Positions 59,778 through 64,000 of a DNA stretch of 64,000 nt are shown in pieces. Source of the DNA: Prevotella sp. (GTDB taxonomy: Bacteria > Bacteroidota > Bacteroidia > Bacteroidales > Dysgonomonadaceae); NCBI GenBank assembly GCA_031285625.1, contig JAITVV010000080.1:55902-119901 (forward strand). Direction: 5' to 3'. Below the pieces are notes generated by a model, which did no database searches, had not been told where the DNA came from, and saw only the letters and a list, made by a program, of their open reading frames with translations. The position numbers and the translations under genes were made by a program. Numbering within the stretch: the stretch's first letter is position 1; the number at the start of each line of letters is the position of its first letter.

Positions 59778-60716
59778 TTATTTTTTAACCGGAACAACCT
59801 CTTCCTCTAAGTCTGCCCTTGATTTACTTACTGTTACCAGATAGACTCCTCCGAATATAAGTATGGCGGCTATCAATTTTTCTATTGTAAACCTGTCCAT
59901 ACCCATGTATATGGCTACAGCTGAGGCAATCAGAGGCTGCATATTGTTGTACATTGAGATTGTTGTTGGTCTGATCCGTCTTTGGGCAAGAGGTATAAGT
60001 AAATAGGTAATAAATGTAGCTCCAACCAAAGTAAACGATAAAAGTAAATAAGGCATTATATCTGGTTGATAGAATAAAGGTGCATCCATTACATATTTGT
60101 AACCTATGGGTAAATCTATCAGAGCAGAGAATAAAAACATCCACTTCATCATAGTTATCGGAGAATATTTAGTTGACAAAGGGCGAGTTATTACCAAATA
60201 GAATGAATAAAAAAGCTGTGCACTCAAAACAGCAATATCTCCCGCCAAAGCCGATCCCTGCCCTGTTGTACTTACTTGTGTACTCGAGTAAACAAGAAAT
60301 ATGGCTCCTGCCCCCCCGACTAATACACCACCAGCCTTTTTAGCTGTAATAGGTTCTTTTAGAATTATAGCTGCGAGAATCATAGCAAACAGAGGGCCAC
60401 TAGTAGTAATAATAGATGCATCTACAGATGATGTCTGCCCCAAGCCATATGCAAAGAGACTTTGATTGATAAGCATACCACAAAGCCCGCCAATAAGCAA
60501 GATCAACATATCTTTCTTTTCCACTTTCTCCTTCGGCATCATTAAGGAGATAAGCCAAAAAGCTATTGACGCAAATCCCATACGCAACAATGTCATAGCC
60601 ATTGGTGTAAGGAGTCCGCTTGTATAAAGATATTTATTGATTGGAATATTCAAGCCGAATATCGTCATCACAACAAGCATGATAAGGTGTCCTTGCTGTT
60701 TCTGGGAAATGGTCAT
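59778..60716 (-). CDS. EamA/DMT-family transporter
   Basis: About 10 TMs with duplicated EamA halves (LKEPIT..K..G; QPLIA). Confidence 0.88.
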   Translation of the reverse strand: MTISQKQQGHLIMLVVMTIFGLNIPINKYLYTSGLLTPMAMTLLRMGFASIAFWLISLMMPKEKVEKKDMLILLIGGLCGMLINQSLFAYGLGQTSSVDASIITTSGPLFAMILAAIILKEPITAKKAGGVLVGGAGAIFLVYSSTQVSTTGQGSALAGDIAVLSAQLFYSFYLVITRPLSTKYSPITMMKWMFLFSALIDLPIGYKYVMDAPLFYQPDIMPYLLLSFTLVGATFITYLLIPLAQRRIRPTTISMYNNMQPLIASAVAIYMGMDRFTIEKLIAAILIFGGVYLVTVSKSRADLEEEVVPVKK

Positions 60717-60731
60717 TACTATTTAATTAAA

Positions 60732-61349
60732 TCACTTATTACCTGCTAACTTGCTAATCTGTTTATTCTGTAACTTCGAAAAGAATATAAGCATACAAAT
60801 GGCACCGATCATCGCACAGAGCATATCAGATTGAGTATCCCATTCATATCCCTGCATGCCGAGAAAATCATCGGCTCCATCTCCTGATAGTACAGCAACC
60901 CACCATTCTATAAATTCGTAAAAAGCACTAATTGCCATACAAATACAAACCACAAAAAATGGAATCCATGATTTCTTTCGAACTACATCCAGGCGAATTA
61001 TTATTTCACGGGCAATCATTGCAGGTATGAATCCCTGAGCAAAATGGCCTACCTTATCGTAATTATTACGGCTCTGGTCGAAAACTTCCCTTATCCAATC
61101 AAATAAAGGTACTCTGGCATAGGAATAATGTGCTCCTACAAAGAGGATTATGAGATGGATAAGTATAAATGTGTATGTAAGGTCTGTAAATTGAAACCGC
61201 TTGTAAGTAAAAGCGAGAATAATCACTCCCACAATACACATGCCAGCCTCCATAAACCAAAGCCCGGTCTCATATGCTCCTACACCCGACCAAACGGCTA
61301 CCACAGCGAATATTATAAGATAGACCCAATGTAATTTCTTAACTGCCAT
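60732..61349 (-). CDS. DUF2238 (YjdF-like) membrane protein
   Basis: GAHYSYA.VP, RNNYDKVGH, YEFIEW, FLG.QG..WDTQSDM. Confidence 0.88.
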   Translation of the reverse strand: MAVKKLHWVYLIIFAVVAVWSGVGAYETGLWFMEAGMCIVGVIILAFTYKRFQFTDLTYTFILIHLIILFVGAHYSYARVPLFDWIREVFDQSRNNYDKVGHFAQGFIPAMIAREIIIRLDVVRKKSWIPFFVVCICMAISAFYEFIEWWVAVLSGDGADDFLGMQGYEWDTQSDMLCAMIGAICMLIFFSKLQNKQISKLAGNK

Positions 61350-61351
61350 AG

Positions 61352-61897
61352 TTATTTATAGGTGTTATATGATATTATTTCCTCTGAAGTTTTACGTTTC
61401 TTATTTCGTAGTGGCTGTGCCGGATAGCCAATAACAATATCCAGAACCACGCGTTTATTATCAGGAATGTTTAATAATTTCTTCATTTTAGATTCGGCAA
61501 ACCAACCCAGTATACAGCTACCTAATCCTTCGGCTTCTGCGGCAAGGCAAATATGTGCAGTGGCAATACCAATATCCAGAAATGCAAAATGCTTGTCTTT
61601 TACAATACCTCCGATACCCGAACTTAGATTTACCTTCTCTTCAACTACAACTATATGTACGGGAGCTTGTTTTGTAAAATGGTTCATACCCAACAAACGG
61701 GCAGAAGCAGCATCAGCTACTTTATTTTTTAATTGGGGATCGTCTACTACTATAAAATGCCAGGGTTGCGCGTTGCACGCAGATGGGGCCAGACGCCCTG
61801 CATCAAGGATACGTGCAAGTATCTCTCTGTTTACTGTACGGGATGTGTCAAAGGCGCGTGTACTTTGTCGATGTTTTACAAGTTCGTAAAAGTCCAT
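61352..61897 (-). CDS. Nitroreductase-family protein
   Basis: RQSTR.F, APSACNAQPWHF, GLGSC, GYP. Confidence 0.92.
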   Translation of the reverse strand: MDFYELVKHRQSTRAFDTSRTVNREILARILDAGRLAPSACNAQPWHFIVVDDPQLKNKVADAASARLLGMNHFTKQAPVHIVVVEEKVNLSSGIGGIVKDKHFAFLDIGIATAHICLAAEAEGLGSCILGWFAESKMKKLLNIPDNKRVVLDIVIGYPAQPLRNKKRKTSEEIISYNTYK

Positions 61898-61902
61898 ATT
61901 AA

Positions 61903-62532
61903 TTAATGTCGCATTTTAGCTTTTATATCTTCTATTGTTATCTTTTTATCCCAGATAGCGGTATTACCGAAGAGTTTCAGATATTCTTCCATCGGAGACA
62001 AGTCCATTTCTTTTCTTCTTATATCTACATTTTCCGGATCTTCAATTGGCCAGACATAACCATTTACAATCTGGGAACCATATATCTGGAATTTATCGGC
62101 ATACATCAGTATACGGTCTCTAAATATGGCATAAAGACTTGGAATAATATTACCTTTCGTATATTCTTCCTCAACAACGGAGGCATATTTATTCATATAG
62201 TCAGGCCCGCCATGTTGTATAACCATAAAAATTGCCATATTTCCTTCAAATGAAAGCCCCGAAGGCCATCCATCAGAATCCAGCATAGTTGAAATAAACT
62301 GTTGGTTCTCTTTATCGATCTCCAACATCTGAGAAATTACACTGTCCATCTTTTCTTTCAGTTCAGCTTTGCCTGCATATTTGGAATTAATCTCACCCAA
62401 ACTTTTGCGTATAGACTGGTCGGTATTATATATTTCCGATAGTCTTTTTTCCAAATCCTGTTTATCTTCCTGTGAAAAAGCAACGATTATGGGTAAGGAT
62501 AATATGATGAAAAGAAGGATATATTTTTTCAT
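61903..62532 (-). CDS. DUF6624-like secreted protein
   Basis: Signal peptide; DQ..R, GWP, IQH, DR......Q.YGSQ, VD.RR..M.L. Confidence 0.7.
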   Translation of the reverse strand: MKKYILLFIILSLPIIVAFSQEDKQDLEKRLSEIYNTDQSIRKSLGEINSKYAGKAELKEKMDSVISQMLEIDKENQQFISTMLDSDGWPSGLSFEGNMAIFMVIQHGGPDYMNKYASVVEEEYTKGNIIPSLYAIFRDRILMYADKFQIYGSQIVNGYVWPIEDPENVDIRRKEMDLSPMEEYLKLFGNTAIWDKKITIEDIKAKMRH

Positions 62533-62535
62533 ATA

Positions 62536-63135
62536 TTAAAATTGTGAAAGGCGGCTGATATATTTGCCTATAATATCAAATTCGATATTCACTACACTCC
62601 CAACTTTTAGCTGATGGAAGTTAGTATGCTCATATGTATATGGAATAATAGCTACTTCGAAAGTATTGTCTGTTGGCGAAACTACTGTCAGGCTGATACC
62701 ATTTACTGTTACAGAGCCTTTATCTACTGTGAAGTAACCTTTCTTAGTCATTTCACGGTCAAACTCATATTCAAACTTGAAGTACCAGCTGCCATCAGCC
62801 TCACGTATCTCTACACATCTAGCAGTCTGATCGACATGTCCCTGAACGATATGACCATCCAGACGTCCATTCATTATCATACTGCGTTCAAGGTTTACTT
62901 TATCTCCTTCTTTAAGTAATCCCAGATTGGAGCGTTCTAATGTTTCCTTAATTGCTGTAACTGTATATTTATCATCATCAAGGTTTACCACAGTCAGGCA
63001 AACGCCGTTATGTGATACGCTTTGGTCTATTTTTAATTCGTTAGTAAATGAACATTTCATTGTAAGATGCAGGTTTTCTGCCTCTTTACGTAATGATACT
63101 ACGGTTGCTGCTTCTTCTACTATACCTGAAAACAT
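62536..63135 (-). CDS. ribE: Riboflavin synthase (alpha chain)
   Basis: MFSGIVE, SHNGVCLT, VNLER, GHIVQGHVD, KGSVTVNGISLT, VNIEFD. Confidence 0.96.
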   Translation of the reverse strand: MFSGIVEEAATVVSLRKEAENLHLTMKCSFTNELKIDQSVSHNGVCLTVVNLDDDKYTVTAIKETLERSNLGLLKEGDKVNLERSMIMNGRLDGHIVQGHVDQTARCVEIREADGSWYFKFEYEFDREMTKKGYFTVDKGSVTVNGISLTVVSPTDNTFEVAIIPYTYEHTNFHQLKVGSVVNIEFDIIGKYISRLSQF

Positions 63136-63198
63136 GATCTTTATATTTTAGTTATACGATTTCTTATATACAAAGGTACGGATTTATTTAGAGAAAAA

Positions 63199-63876
63199 TC
63201 AGCAAATATTATCCGGATCCCAGCCAATCTTTCTAAAAACTAAACAGACAATAGCATAAGCCCTGAACAGCTCTTCTACATTAGGGCATTCTTTCAAATA
63301 TCCTTTGGGACAGTGATAAGAGTATGAACGCTTTTTATCCTGTGTTCTTAATTCTATCCTATATAATACTCCATCCAAAATATACGGATCGTAATAAGGT
63401 CCTCCTGATAAATTTGTATATATACCCTGTACTGCCAATGTATCAGCAGAATATATCCTCATCTTATCTCTGATAGAATCAAGCGTTGGTAAAGTCAATA
63501 TTTGATTGCCTCTAAGTTTCTCCCATAACTCTACCAAATCATTTTGTGCTAATTCCTTTTCTTGCCAATAAACAGATACAACCTGATCTTGAATCTTCAC
63601 CTTTTGAGTAAAACAACGGGTATTCCATTGATCATCTTTCTTACTTAATATGAATATACTTCTTCCACTCATAGGTGCAGGCTCTATCCAAAAGCGAAAT
63701 TCGAAATCATATTTGTCTGTTACTCCAAATTCTTTATTTATATCCTTATTCAATTTTTCATAATCATAATGTTTATTATAAGTATCATTAAAGGAGTCAG
63801 GATCATTATCGAAATCTATCTGAGAATAGGCATTCACTGAGAACAAAGCAAACAAGATTACCAGTATATTCTTCAT
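63199..63876 (-). CDS. Hypothetical secreted protein
   Basis: Signal peptide; FEFRFW, ILTLP, DG..Y.IE, Y.YHCP. Confidence 0.7.
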   Translation of the reverse strand: MKNILVILFALFSVNAYSQIDFDNDPDSFNDTYNKHYDYEKLNKDINKEFGVTDKYDFEFRFWIEPAPMSGRSIFILSKKDDQWNTRCFTQKVKIQDQVVSVYWQEKELAQNDLVELWEKLRGNQILTLPTLDSIRDKMRIYSADTLAVQGIYTNLSGGPYYDPYILDGVLYRIELRTQDKKRSYSYHCPKGYLKECPNVEELFRAYAIVCLVFRKIGWDPDNIC

Positions 63877-63952
63877 AAGATTATTTCCAGTTAAAATCCA
63901 AATAAATTGGATGATTATTTTAAATTAATTTCAGTTTTATATCTTTGTGTCA

Positions 63953-64000
63953 GGATGTTAAGAGGAAACAGGCACTGCTGGGGAGCAACCTGTCAGCAAT
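63953..64000 (+). ncRNA. 5' end of a GC-richer transcript cut by the window edge; possibly 6S-like RNA
   Basis: TATCTTTG at 63940-63947 followed by GC-rich sequence with TGCTG/CAGCA pairing; only about 48 nt visible. Confidence 0.3.

Overview
AT-rich chromosomal window from a Bacteroidales bacterium; the gene set, TAnnTTTG promoters and SusC/D pair suggest Dysgonomonas-like (inference). In order: end of a TonB receptor and a PnuC-type transporter; a 10-gene glycan locus (glycosyltransferases, Wzy-like protein, hddC-gmhB-hddA, MBOAT plus partner); sdhCAB; panE; miaA; DUF763; a type IX secretion (T9SS)-like block; recA-bcp; aldA-lutABC; several lipoproteins; mutS2; feoAB; an orphan SusC/SusD pair; a Bacteroidales-1-like ncRNA; riboflavin synthase. 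The main candidates for something new are (1) a ~500-nt, promoter-preceded, nested and pseudoknotted putative RNA between mutS2 and feoB, (2) a porP-porK-porN operon with no porL/porM motor genes, facing porE-porD, and (3) a ~120-bp GTYAC-rich repeat family whose inverted copies bracket that T9SS block. No CRISPR array, rRNA, tRNA, transposase or integrase was seen. All calls are by eye from motifs and synteny; no searches were run.
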